Shown here piece after piece: positions 27,373-39,777 of a stretch of 64,000 nucleotides of DNA. Below the pieces are notes generated by a model that ran no database searches, had not been told where the DNA came from, and worked only from the letters and a program-made list of their open reading frames with translations. The stretch is taken from assembly GCA_040954595.2 (NCBI GenBank), contig CM082590.2:992001-1056000 (forward strand), read 5' to 3'. The stretch's first letter is position 1; each line of letters starts with the position of its first letter. The DNA is from Balanoglossus misakiensis. Its lineage: Eukaryota; Animalia; Hemichordata. Made by a program: the position numbers and the translations under genes.

Positions 27373-30300
27373 CAGGGCTCGAAATTAGCGGTAGTCCCGC
27401 GTCCACAGACTACCAACTTTTCCCTGGGGCTAACAAAATCTGCGTAATGGTAGCCCCCGCGGACTACCAAAACTTTGCGTGTGCGATCGACGCGATGTTG
27501 ATCGCTTTGACCTGATCAACGCTCACACGCGTACACGGCCCGTGACATTGTTATGCAAATTAAAATCCACAGTGCGTACGCGTGCAGGAGAATGTTTGAT
27601 ACAAACTTTCAATAAAAGTATCAATATTTCATCAAAATTTGATTACAATGTATCAATCGAAAAAATTTAAATCGCGACCCTAGGCCCTACTAAACGGACA
27701 AATTTACTCAACGGACTTATATCTCTAAATGTAAATATGAGTATCGTAAATTATTTCCGACGACAAGTGCCACGCGATGAACCATCATCATCTAGCGACA
27801 ACCCCCCTGTCAACGAACCTGTCAACGAACCGACAAAGCCTGTTCGAGTTAGAAAATTTCAACGATCGTGGATGATCAGCAGGGAAGGTTGGTTAGAATA
27901 CCGGGCTGAGAAAAATGCCATGTTCTGCAAGATATGTCGGACTGGTACGTCGGCGTTTTCTAGTGAAATGGGTTGCAGTAATCTGCGAATTGAGTCACTA
28001 CGAAAACATGAAGCTAGTGCTCATCATCGAAGGGCAGTCGCAAAAAAAGTCATTGAAGAAAGTTCAAATCCGCGCCCAATTGTCTCGTGTGTTTTGAACA
28101 TTGATCGTTCACAGTATGAGCGACTGGAAACTCTTTTCCGTACTGCGTATTACGTCGCTAAACATGAAAAACTTTTCTCTGATTTCGAAGATCTGTGTAT
28201 GCTCCAAGAATGCAACCAAGTCAAAGTAGGTAACACTTATAGGAACGACAAACAGGCCGCAACTTTTATAAGTTTCATCGGAGAGGTAGTGCGTGACCAA
28301 GTGAATGAACTAATCAGAGAAAGTGGGCTGTATTCGGTGTTGATAGACTCCTCAACTGATCGCTCAGTTGTTGAAGAGGAAATAATCTATGTGCGAATTT
28401 TAGTTAATGGTTCTCCTGTTACAAAATTTCTAAGCCACCAAGCAATGCCTCGTGGTACAGCTGCCGCTATAATTGATGCTATCGACAGAGGTTTCCGTGT
28501 AGAAATGGGTATGCGCGAAAATCAGTGGAAAGATAAGCTTGTTGGAATGGCTTCGGACGGCGCTGCCGTAATGGTCGGCATACGACGTGGTGTAATGACA
28601 AATGTTCGTAGAGACGTGCCTCATTTGATAAGTGTGCATTGCACTGCCCATCGTCTTGAACTCTGTCTAAAGACGGCTCTGAAACAGTCCCCAGGCTATT
28701 CGCAAATTGAAGATTTTTTAACGAACATCTTCAAATTTTATAATAATTCGCCACGCAATCTCGCTGCTCTCAGGGAAGCTGGCGTCGCATTCGGTATCGC
28801 GGTATTGAAACCAACGAACGTAACCGGTACTCGTTGGGTTGACCACCACAAACGCGCATTGGAAGCGATTGACCGTGATTGGAGAGCCATCGTTGCCCAC
28901 TTGCAGGATATCGTAACGCCCGGTTCGGATCATACCGAAGACACCAAAATGAAAGGAAGGGGTTTCTTGGAAAAACTCACGCAAATCAATTTCATGCGTA
29001 ACTTGTATATCCAACTTGACATTTATCGTGTTCTAAGCCGTATGTCTCTCTTATTTCAACGTAACGATACATCCGTTGAGAGTGTCAAGTATGCGCTACA
29101 ACAAACAGTCGATAACTTAGAGTTGTTAGCAAGAGAACCCGGCCCGTCAGAAAGACTTTTCGAGGGAACACTTGAACGCGGAGCAACCTTTCATGGCGTA
29201 GACTTACGTGCACCAGCCAGACGTCGCGGGGAACAAATCTTCGGCGCGAACGTGAAAACCGAGCTTATCAACTCGTGCTTACATGAAATAAATGTTCGTT
29301 TCCGCCCATTCACAGAGGATCCAATAGTGGTCGCGGCTAATGTCTTTGACCCCGCTAACTGGCCGCAGAACCCGGAAGAGCTACGAGACTACGGTCGGGA
29401 TGAAGTGTCGGCTTTATCGCAGCACTTCCGCGAGTTGTTACGACAACATACCGATTTTCAGCCTGAGGAAGTTTTAGCCGAATGGACAGGCCTGAAAACC
29501 GTCGTTAGTGCAGTGTTGACTACAAATCCAACTCTGCATTTTCTCGATATTTGGCAACGCGTTTTGATGCAAAACCTCGTGGAGTTTAGCAACGCACTAT
29601 GGCTAGTAAAAATTGTGTTACTGATACCGATCCATACCAGTGAATGTGAAAGGGGGTTTTCTCTCATGGGTCGCATTAAATCAGATTGGCGAGCAGCTCT
29701 AAACACCGCTACGCTCAGTAACCTTATGAGAATTGTCCTTCACGGCGAGGCTTTGGAGGAATACAACCCTGGAAATGCAATACAGCGTTGGTTTAATGCC
29801 GGTGAGCGGAGACGTCGGCCTGAAATTTTACCGTACGGACCACGGCAGCCAGGACATGAACTAAATGAGAACTGATTGAACTTGGCAACAACGCAAATAG
29901 ACTTGCCACATGTCTGTGGGTTTATTCCTGTTTTCACATAGAAAAAGAAATCTATGTGTTCAATTTATAGTTTGAGTAAAGTGAAAGTCAAGTAATTGAA
30001 TAAAACATAAAAAAAACATTTGATAATTACGATAATAAGTGCTTTTTCATTTTTATTTCTTTCACGAATAAAAGTAAAAAAATGCAAAGAAAAAAATCTT
30101 TTCTGAAGTGTACAAGATGTCCCATGACAGCAGAGAAAAATAGCTAAATTAATGGGAACGCGATTGTACCGTTGTCATTCTGAAATTCATGGCTAATAAC
30201 TGTAGTCTATTTTTAGTCTTGTTATGTCTCCTCCCCTGCTGATCACTGTGGTCGTTGTCATGGCGAATGTAAAAATTTGCATATAACCTCTGCGTATTAA

Positions 30301-30605
30301 TAGGTCATCAAACTTTTTGGTGTCGCCCTTGTCTGGACATGTACATGCTATTCTTATACAGGGTATGATCTGCATGCAGCCAGCCAGGTACTAGAAAAAA
30401 AATTCATGAGCACAAGTCAATCATGAAAAAAAATATTTTTATTTTTTTCTTATGAGATTGATGAAAAAAATATCCTTCACAGAAAAAAAATATCACTCTT
30501 AATTGAAAAGGTGTGCGGGCTACCAGACCTTGTCACGGGGCTACCAACTTCAGAAAATGGTAGCCCAAGTGGACTACCAGTGAAAAAAGTTAATTTCGAG
30601 CCCTG
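27373..30605 (+). mobile_element. hAT DNA transposon with 5-bp TSD (hAT5-like), 3,233 bp
   Basis: Perfect 15-bp TIR CAGGGCTCGAAATTA / TAATTTCGAGCCCTG. TSD ATATG at 27368-27372 and 30606-30610. Removing the element restores the integrase frame V-H-A-Y-N-C-T. Subterminal GGTAG(T/C)CC motifs occur at both ends. Confidence 0.95.
27737..29875 (+). CDS. hAT transposase, ZNF862-like (712 aa, intact, intronless)
   Basis: N-terminal TTF-type zinc finger (WLEY...MFCKIC...RKHEASAHH), then IDSSTD, SDGAAVM, HCTAHRLEL (CxxH), TRW, and the C-terminal dimerisation region TSECERGFS. Confidence 0.95.
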   Translation: MSIVNYFRRQVPRDEPSSSSDNPPVNEPVNEPTKPVRVRKFQRSWMISREGWLEYRAEKNAMFCKICRTGTSAFSSEMGCSNLRIESLRKHEASAHHRRAVAKKVIEESSNPRPIVSCVLNIDRSQYERLETLFRTAYYVAKHEKLFSDFEDLCMLQECNQVKVGNTYRNDKQAATFISFIGEVVRDQVNELIRESGLYSVLIDSSTDRSVVEEEIIYVRILVNGSPVTKFLSHQAMPRGTAAAIIDAIDRGFRVEMGMRENQWKDKLVGMASDGAAVMVGIRRGVMTNVRRDVPHLISVHCTAHRLELCLKTALKQSPGYSQIEDFLTNIFKFYNNSPRNLAALREAGVAFGIAVLKPTNVTGTRWVDHHKRALEAIDRDWRAIVAHLQDIVTPGSDHTEDTKMKGRGFLEKLTQINFMRNLYIQLDIYRVLSRMSLLFQRNDTSVESVKYALQQTVDNLELLAREPGPSERLFEGTLERGATFHGVDLRAPARRRGEQIFGANVKTELINSCLHEINVRFRPFTEDPIVVAANVFDPANWPQNPEELRDYGRDEVSALSQHFRELLRQHTDFQPEEVLAEWTGLKTVVSAVLTTNPTLHFLDIWQRVLMQNLVEFSNALWLVKIVLLIPIHTSECERGFSLMGRIKSDWRAALNTATLSNLMRIVLHGEALEEYNPGNAIQRWFNAGERRRRPEILPYGPRQPGHELNEN

Positions 30606-32417
30606 ATATGCATGCACTAACGGCGCTACATACGACTTCCAATCGCTCTTTTTCTTGTTGTCCAGAGTTCCCAACATCTCCAGCAAGCTACGGTTAAACC
30701 GCTCACACTGGCCGTTGCCCTGCGGGTGGTACGGCGTGGTTCGCGATTTCTCTATTCCGGCAACTTCGCACAGTTCTTTGATCACCCTGGATTCGAAGTT
30801 GTGGCCCTGGTCTGAATGCAACCTACTGGGGAACCCGTAATGCACCATGAAGTTCTCGAACAGATGCCTGGCTGTTGTCTTTGCAGACTGGTTTCTCGTG
30901 GGGATGGCCACCGCGTATCTCGTAAAATGGTCGGTAATCACCAATACATCCTTGATGCCACCTTTCGACTCTTCCAGCGACAAAAAGTCCATGCAGACAA
31001 GCTCCATGGGTTGGCTGGTCTTGATGCTAACTAGCGGTGCTCGTGTCTTCCCACCAGACGGATTCTTTCTCTGTAGACATCTGTCACACGTCTCTATCTT
31101 GACACTAACATCTTGACTCATGTGTGGCCAATAGAACCGTGCACGTAACAGGTCTAGGGTACGCTCTTGTCCCAAGTGTCCTGTCTTGTCATGTACTCCC
31201 GCAAGCGCCGTGTCTCTGTAAGCCTTGGGTAATACAAGCTGGTAGTGTGTCTGTCCATCTACCCCGACACGGCTCCTGTGCAACACACCATCTCTAAAGC
31301 ACAGTCGGTTCCACTCTCTCAAACCGATCTGGACATCTTGGTGTTCTTTCTTCCTCTCTGGAACCGTAGGAAGTACACCTCTGGCTTTCCACATATACAA
31401 TCTGCCGATCTGTGGGTCTTCGTTTTGAAGTCTCTTCCAGTCTGACATCCTCAAGGCTGGTAATGTGGTTTCTCCAGGCCACGGCTCTGGTTCATCAATA
31501 GCGGTAGGTGCTGCTGCGGCTGTAAGGGCAACAGCCTCTACCAATGGTGGACATGTCACTGAATGCCCCTGACACACCGTCCTGAATTCATCAGAAGACA
31601 GTACGACCCTCTCTGCTAGACCGTGCGCCTGAGGTTTTCTCGATAAGCCGTCCGCATCTCCGTTGTGTCTGCCTGGGCGATACGTTAGGCTCAAGTCGTA
31701 GTTGGACAACGCCGCCAACCATCTGTACCCTGTAGCATCCAACTTCGCTGACGTTGTGATGTACGTCAAAGGATTGTTGTCTGTCAGGACCTCCACACGA
31801 TTTCCGTATAAGTACTCGTGGAATTTCTCTGTAATTGCCCACTTCAATGCAAGGAACTCAAGCTTATGAGCAGGGTAGTTTCTCTCACTTTGTGACAAAC
31901 TTCTACTAGCGTAGGCCACATGTCTCTTCACTGTTTTGCCATCAACAACATGCTCCTGATATAGAGCTGCACCTAGGCCCAAAGTGCTGGCGTCCGTGTG
32001 AAGCTCAAAGGGCTTTCCATAATCAGCATACGCCAGGACTGGTGGGTTAGTCAGCCTCTGTATCAAAGTGTCAAATGCCCGCTGACAGTCTTCCGTCCAG
32101 ACAAAGGGTGGCTGTGTCCGCACGCCATCAGTCGGTTTTCTTCCTTTCCTCCTCTTCGCAGGGTGTCCTGCTGTGAGGCGTGTCAGTGGCCTCGCTATGT
32201 TCGCAAATCCCTCTACAAACCTTCGGTAATAGCTGGCAAACCCTAGGAACGATTTCAGCTCATGCACGTTCTTAGGTATGGGCCAAGTCTCCAAAGCTTT
32301 CACCTTCTCTGGATCAGTCTCCACACCGTCTTCGGACACTACGTGTCCTAGGTATCGGACTCTATCACGGAAGAACTGGCACTTTGTGTGCTTTATCTTC
32401 AAATTGTAGCTCTCAAG
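30606..32417 (-). pseudogene. pol: Gypsy pol: RT C-terminus, RNase H, integrase zinc finger and core
   Basis: YLGH, SFLGFASYYRRF, HTDAS, TDNNPL, HHCC (HDKTGH...CDRC), CMDF, HSDQG and GQCERFN. Cut by the hAT insertion after PLVHAY. Confidence 0.96.
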
Positions 32418-33592
32418 TCAGTCCATCACCAACTTCAATCTCTCAAGGTGTTCTTCGAACGTTGACGAGAACACAATGATGTCGTCGAGATACACTAAGC
32501 ATGTCTTCATATTCAACCCGTCCATGCACTGCTCCATAGTGCGTTGGAAGGTAGCTCCCGCATTCTTCAGCCCAAATGGCATGCGACAACACTCGAAGAA
32601 GCCAAGTGGGGTGGTGAATGCCGTCTTCGGTATATCCTCCTCTGACATCGCTATCTGCCAATAGCCACTCTTCAGGTCTATGGAAGAGAACCATTTTGCA
32701 CCGTTAAGCAAGTCTAACGTCTCCTCTATGCGAGGTATGGGATACGCATCCCTGATTGTGCGTGCGTTCAATCTTCGATAGTCCACACACAGCCTCGTAG
32801 ATCCGTCTCTCTTCTGTACAAGGACAATTGGTGCTGCCCAAGGACTGTACGACTTCCTGATAGCACCACTATCCAACATACCCTTCAGTACTCGCTTCAC
32901 CTCGTCGTACATCGCCGGGGGAATGCGGCGATGGCGTTCTCTCATCGGTTGACTATCAGTGAGGGGTATCTTGTGCTTCACAGCAGTACAATGCCCCAAA
33001 TCATCTTCGTGTTTCGAGAACACACTGGACTTGTCATCAAATAGTTGCTGGACGGCACTCATCTGTTGGTCGTTCAGCGCTGATTCCGACATATCGAACT
33101 GAAGATCTCCGCTCGTGATGATCTTCTGTCCTCGAGTGTCAATGTCACAGCCATGCTGTCCTGCTGTTACAACTACGGGCTCTGACTCAATGGCAATCAC
33201 TGTACGTGCAACTCCTAGTGGATCACCGGGCTTCACTACTAAAGTCTTGCAGGTTCTGTTCTGTATCACAATGGGAACCTTGGACTTTTTCCTTCCACAC
33301 GTCATCTCGGCTAAGATTGGTCCGCCTATCCAACCACCAAGTTCGTCCCATCTCCCACTAGGTTCAATGGCTACCACGTACTTGTCACCTGGGGGGGGGG
33401 GGGGCCTGACTTCGCTTTGCCCCACAGAGTTTCCGCTTGGTTAGGGGGTACTTTCAAAGGGCTGGAAAGTAGAGCACGTACTACTCCCAAATTTCCTTTC
33501 CGTCCGATGAATCTATCTCTGGCCTCCAATCTCTGAAGTGCCTGGCGACCAACTGCAGACATCCTGTGACACTGGACGGCACCCTGTCGCTT
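32418..33592 (-). pseudogene. pol: Gypsy pol: spacer and reverse transcriptase core
   Basis: SPWAAPIVLV, RLCVDYRRLN, DLKSGYWQ, MPFGL and YLDD. In-frame TGA at 32418-32420, and a frameshift at the G14 run 33391-33404. Confidence 0.96.
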
Positions 33593-34335
33593 TTACACTC
33601 CATTGGGTGGGTACTTGTAGAGGCCTAGCAGGTTAGTGCCCACCGTCAATGGCACATTCCTCGAGTAATCCGTATCCGGCACGACTAACATGAGGACAGT
33701 GAACTCCCGTCCATCCCCGAACACTTCCTTCGGGAACGACACACCAACTTCTATGCAGCCAAGGAAGGGTACAGCTTGCCCTCCTGCTCCACGGATCTCT
33801 AGTAACTCTTCAACGGGCTCGATTGGTAAGGACTTCAAGTTCTCATTGTAGAATGATGAGCTCACCATGGTCACTTGCGAACCTGTATCGATCAAGCATC
33901 TACAAGCAATTCCGTCGACAAACGCGTCTGTTTCGTTGGGCTCTCCAACTAATCTATCAGACTTCACGCATCTTGTCGCCATGATCGGTGTAGGTCCAAC
34001 ACCACGACGGCGAGAACGTCTACGATAGGCTGGATGTATCGTCTGAACTTGCACTGACCCAGTCTTCTTTCCTCTTTTCGGTTCAGGGCAACTCTTCGCC
34101 ATGTGTCCCTCTCCGTCACAGTTATAGCACTTCACAGTTTTCTTGTTCGGTGATGTGCACCCTCTAGCAATGTGTCCTTCCTCACCACAGGCGAAACACT
34201 TGGTTGGTTTGGTGGAGGAATCCTGTTTCTTTTGTTGTCGTTTCTCTCCATATAACTTTTCTTTGAGCTTCTGGTTTTCTCTCCGTAACTGTTCAATCTC
34301 ATTTCCTGCAGTTGATCTGCTACGCAGTTCATGTA
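33593..34335 (-). pseudogene. gag-pol: Gag C-terminus (two CCHC knuckles) and aspartic protease
   Basis: CFACGEEGHIARGC, CYNCDGEGHMAKSC, LIDTGSQ and VGTNLL in one frame. In-frame TAA at 33593-33595. Confidence 0.95.
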
Positions 34336-35939
34336 GTCCATGGGCCAGGACCCGATTTTTCATGAATTGGTATCAGAAAGATGGACAAAGCCTCATGTGG
34401 TTTTTTGGAAAGGCCTATATCTCTAGATTATAAATTGGGGTGATAGCCCTGCCTATCGAGTAGCTTTCTGCATTTTTTCCCTCAAAAACTAATGTAAGAA
34501 CCTAAAAATTCCCGACCCAAATTTTGGGGGTAGGGGAACTTTAAATTGCTGTATCTCCAGCAAAACTAAAGCCAGAACAGTCATTTACCACTCAAATTGT
34601 GTGTTTTTTAGAACTCTACCAATATAATATATTTTGGTGGTAATTCGTTTTGAATTGAGGTCAATAGAGGTCAAAAGGTCATGAAATTTGGGTCATTCTG
34701 AAAATTTGTAGTATGACTATTTCTTGAACGATAGTTTTGAACTTAAGTCTTTAAATGTCATTCAGAAGATAAAATACTCTCCCAGAATGTATTTCAAACC
34801 AATAAAAAATCTTATTATTCATTTATGACCAGAAAAACACAAATAAGGAGAAACGACAGAAAGACATCCAATTTTCCACTCAGATTTAAGGGTAGGGGAA
34901 ACTTAAGTTCTTGTAACTCCGGCAAAAATAAACCCAGAACAGTCATCTACCACTCAAATTGTGTGTTTTTTAGAACTCTACCAATATAATATATTTTGGT
35001 GGTAATTCGTTTTGAATTGAGGTCAATAGAGGTCAAAAGGTCATGAAATTTGGGTCATTCTGAACATTTGTAGTATGACTATTTCTTGAACGATTTTTTT
35101 GAACTTATAAGTCTTTAAATGTCATTTAGAAGATAAAATACTCTCCCAGAATCTATTTCAAACCAATAAAAAACCCTATTATTCAATTACGATCAGAAAA
35201 ACACAAATACAGAGATACGGAAGAATGGCACAAGACTTCAGACCCTGATATTGGGGTAGGGGAAACTTAAGTAGTTGTAACTCCGGCAAAAATAAAGCCA
35301 GAACAGTCATCTACCTCTCAAATTGTGTGTTTTTTTAGCACTCTAGCGATTGTATATGTATTTGTTGCAATTTTGTTCTGAATTTAGGTCAAAGAGGTCA
35401 AAAGATCACAAGATTTGGGTAATTTCGAAAAATTATGGTACGAACATTTCCCGCATTAATTTTTTAAACCCAAGTCTTCAAATGTCATTTATGAGATAAA
35501 ATACTCTACACCATTTTTTTCCCGAACCAATTGAAGACCTTATTATTCAATTACAATCAGAAAAAAAATTAGTAGAGAAACGGGATAATAACAAACAATT
35601 TCCCACGGATTTTGGGGTAGGTTTGGCCATCTAACAGGTAAGTATACACCCAACTGATCATGCACATATGGTGTTTAGGAGAACGGATGTGCAGATTTGT
35701 GAACCTTTGCATGCTGCTCATGTGCACTGTACTTGTATGATGATTCCTAACAATACTACGAGAAGGCGCCATTATAGCATTGTAGCTCTGATTGTGTATT
35801 ATTGTTGGATACCATTCTACAGTGTACAGGCACAGCAGATGACAAGCCAAGCAAAGGTTCAAAAATCTGCTTATTTTTTTTCCTCAACACAATATGAGCA
35901 TGATTTATTTATATTCAGGTCCAGTATAATAAATAAAAA

Positions 35940-36513
35940 ATGGCAAGCCCATCTTCTATTCCACACAAGAGGGCTCGACGGGATTGTTTTCTCGACTGTC
36001 ATGAATCCGACCATAAAGCAAGCCTCGTTACTCTACAAGATCACGCCTCCTGGATAACTTTGCTGAATACAGCTAACATACAAAAATACAAACCAATTCA
36101 GGACCTCGCCATTGGTTTGGGCGAAGGTGAAATTCCTCAGGTGCAGTACCATCGGAAATGCCGAAGTCTCTTTACGATGAAAAAGGCTCTTGAATCTATC
36201 CTTTCTAAAGAGCAGTCGTCATCAACCGAGGGAACCAATACACTGGAACGTAAAAAAGAGGTCGAGCATACAAGGGTCTCGGTGTGATCACATTTGCCTA
36301 TTTTGCTCCACCACCAAGTACATGAAGGGAAGTAGGACAAGAGCTCCTTTAGTTCGTTGTCAGCAATTGCGTACGGACAACACATTTAGGGAGGCAGCAA
36401 CAAGAAAAATGACAGTAAAATTCGTGCACTTCTCAGTCGTGAGTTGGTTGCTGCTGAGGGTCACTATCTTAGAAAGTGTTATAGGGACTATACAAGGCCT
36501 GATATTCAAGCAG
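35940..36513 (+). pseudogene. N-terminal fragment of a putative Academ-like transposase (left arm)
   Basis: QYHRKCRSLFT, CLFC and the LVAAEGHY..KCY motif across frameshifts; truncated at the fold-back junction. Confidence 0.55.
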
Positions 36514-37425
36514 CGTAAGCAGGATTAGAGCAGATGTGGTGATGATACTTTCATGTGATTGTTTTTCTGCTGCAAGAAGTTCTTTTCTTACAGCATTGTA
36601 CTTCAGGACAACAGTACCTATATCTAGTGATGACGGATATACAAGCACCCTACCATTTACATCATTCCAAAAAAATCAATGTCCCTTTGAATTCCGTATT
36701 TAGCGTATGCTGCAAGTTTTGTTGGTGGAATTGTTAACCTGTTTAACACCAAGTTGGAGCATTTTGGTAACTAACTTGTTTGATAGATCAGTCAGGGGAA
36801 CTACCTCAGGGTTTGTGAACAAATCATTTCTGATAAAAGAAAATAACTCTTCTTGAGCAATTTGCAGGACATCCTCATAACTAGTATCTTGATCATATTG
36901 ACTTTCATCAACCTCCATATGACTTGAACCTGCTTGAATATCAGGCCTTGTATAGTCCCTATAACACTTTCTATGATAGTGACCCTCACCAGCAACCAAC
37001 TCACGACTGAGAAGTGCACGAATTTTACTGTCATTTTTCTTGTTGCTGCCTCCCTAAATGTGTTGTCCGTACGCAATTGCTGACAACGAACTAAAGGAGC
37101 TCTTGTCCTACTTCCCTTCATGTACTTTGTGGTGGAGCAAAATAGGCAAATGTGATCACACCGAGACCCTTGTATGCTCGACCTCTTTTTTACGTTCCAG
37201 TGTATTGGTTCCCTCAGTTGATGACGACTGCTCTTTAGAAAGGATAGATTCAAGAGCCTTTTTCATCGTAAAGAGACTTCGGCATTTCCGATGGTACTGC
37301 ACCTGAGGAATTTCACCTTCGCCCAAACCAATGGCGAGGTCCTGAATTGGTTTGTATTTTTGTATGTTAGCTGTATTCAGCAAAGTTATCCAGGAGGCGT
37401 GATCTTGTAGAGTGACGAGGCCATT
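36514..37425 (-). pseudogene. N-terminal fragment of the same putative transposase (right arm, extends through the spacer)
   Basis: QYHRKCRSLF, then VAGEGHYHRKCYRDYTRPD...LFSFIRNDLF; frameshifted, with an ~80-bp deletion near the start. Confidence 0.55.
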
Positions 37426-38656
37426 TTTTTATTTATTATACTGGACCTGAATATAAATAGATCATGCTCATATTGTGTTGAGGAAAAAAAATAAGCAGAT
37501 TTTTGAACCTTTGCTTGGCTTGTCATCTGCTGTGCCTGTACACTGTAGGATGGTATCCAACAATAATACACAATCAGAGCTACAATGCTATAATGGCCCC
37601 TTCTCGTAGTATTGTTAGGAATCGTCATACAAGTACAGTGCACATGAGCAGCATGCAAAGATCCACAAATTTGCACATCCGTTCTCCTAAACACCATATG
37701 TGCATGATCAGTTGGGTGTATACTTACCTGTTAGATGGCCAAACCTACCCCAAAATCCGTGGGAAATTGTTTGTTATTATCCCGTTTCTCTACTAATTTT
37801 TTTTCTGATTGTAATTGAATAATAAGGTCTTCAATTGGTCTGAAAAAAAATGGTGTAGAGTATTTTATCTCATAAATGACATTTGAAGACTTGGGTTTAA
37901 AAAATTAATGCGGGAAATGTTCGTACCATAATTTTTCGAAATTACCCAAATCTTGTGATCTTTTGACCTCTTTGACCTAAATTCAAAACAAAATTGCAAC
38001 AAATACATATACAATCGCTAGAGTGCTAAAAAAACACACAATTTGAGAGGTAGATGACTGTTCTGGCTTTATTTTTGCCGGAGTTACAACTACTTAAGTT
38101 TCCCCTACCCCAATATCAGGGTCTGAAGTCTTGTGCCATTCTTCCGTATCTCTGTATTTGTGTTTTTCTGATCGTAATTGAATAATAGGGTTTTTTATTG
38201 GTTTGAAATAGATTCTGGGAGAGTATTTTATCTTCTAAATGACATTTAAAGACTTATAAGTTCAAAAAAATCGTTTAAGAAATAGTCATACTACAAATGT
38301 TCAGAATGACCCAAATTTCATGACCTTTTGACCTCTATTGACCTCAATTCAAAACGAATTACCACCAAAATATATTATATTGGTAGAGTTCTAAAAAACA
38401 CACAATTTGAGTGGTAAATGACTGTTCTGGCTTTAGTTTTGCTGGAGATACAGCAATTTAAAGTTCCCCTACCCCCAAAATTTGGGTCGGGAATTTTTAG
38501 GTTCTTACATTAGTTTTTGAGGGAAAAAATGCAGAAAGCTACTCGATAGGCAGGGCTATCACCCCAATTTATAATCTAGAGATATAGGCCTTTCCAAAAA
38601 AACATGTGAGGCTTTGTCCATCTTTCTGATACCAAATTCCTGTCTGGCCCATGGAC

Positions 38657-39777
38657 TGTAACTCTCTCTCCACATCTATCACACGCCGTTCGGCTTCAGA
38701 CTGGTGCTGCCTGTCAGCTGCTGAGGCCGTCTGTTTCTTTTCCAATTCGCCTATACGGTCCTGCAATGTTTGTATAGGTTTTGCCATGGCTTTCAGCAAC
38801 TTTTCCACATCAGCCTGGTCAACAATCGGCCTCTCTGCGGCTACTGACTGGTGAGACTGTCTGGCTGGTGCGTGTTTACTCTGTCCGTTCATACTGGCTC
38901 TGTCGCGAACTTCTCGTTCAGCCATGCGAACAATTTTCTTCAACTCTTCAAAAGTTTGGCATCTGTCTTTCTGTGGTCTGGCAATATCAATAACCCGATC
39001 TTCTCTCAAGTTACGCCAAAACACAGTCATCAATGCCTCATCGATGGCGGAGTCACGTATACCGCCATGTCTTTTCACATTATGTATAGCCTGCTCTAGG
39101 CGGTCACCGAACTCAACAGCGTTTTCCTCGTCTCTCTGCCGACTGTCTCTGTAAAAACGTTCCAGAAGAGCTGCGCCGTCTTCCATTTCACCGAAACTGC
39201 CTTCAAGTTTCTTGATAATTTGTCCCACAGTAGCATCACGCTTCATCGTAATAAGTAGGCCAGCAGCACGACCTTTCAATGACCTTCGAACTGCAGGGGT
39301 CAAAACTTCGGACGGATAAATGTTCGCGTCAATCAAAGACTGTACCTGGTCCCGCCATATCTCAAATTCAGCGTCACCTTTACGATTCGGGTCACCCGAA
39401 AACGTGTCCAGCCGAGGCGGTTGGTACACACTCGCCAGCATACTCGCATCTGATCGTTGACTTCTATTACCGAACAACGTTGAGGGCGTACTTGCCTCGA
39501 TGGGTTGTGGCCTCGGGTTGCTGCCCTCTAAATCGGCAATAACACCACTGTCTGACGGGCTGCCGCGACTGCCTTTTTCTCCAATACCCGCGCCGCTACG
39601 CGCGCCGCCATGCGCTACTTGACTCGCGCCAGCTTCATCGGAAGACCTGTGTCCCAATCCCTGTCCTCTGGCACTCTTGGGTAGCGCCCCCAAGGCAGAC
39701 CTTGTCTCAGACTGTACACTCGCAGGGCGCCCCCGCCCCAAGGGAGTGGTAAAATTTCCTTCCCCGCTATGCGCCAT
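38657..39777 (-). pseudogene. gag: Gag N-terminal part (PNMA-like capsid), interrupted by the fold-back element
   Basis: PPRLDTFSG, FEIWRDQV, VRRSLKGRAA, QRDEENAVEFGDRLE (MHR-like). Likely start MAHSG at 39777; the ORF track starts at 39846. Confidence 0.9.

Larger units (their letters stand above)
34336..38656. mobile_element. Palindromic (fold-back) DNA transposon derivative, Academ-like, 4,321 bp
   Basis: Termini GTCCATGGGCCAG / CTGGCCCATGGAC flanked by TGTA (34332-34335, 38657-38660). Arms 34336-36513 and 36930-38656 are inverted copies. Removal restores Gag E-R-E-L-H-E-L-R. The superfamily call is tentative. Confidence 0.85.

Noticed and set aside
27737-29875. Domesticated host gene ZNF862
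   Set aside because: It is flanked by perfect TIRs and a TSD inside a retrotransposon, so it is a mobile element.
33391-33404. Programmed ribosomal frameshift
   Set aside because: It is a G14 homopolymer downstream of the protease in an element with other lesions; slippage or a sequencing error is more likely.
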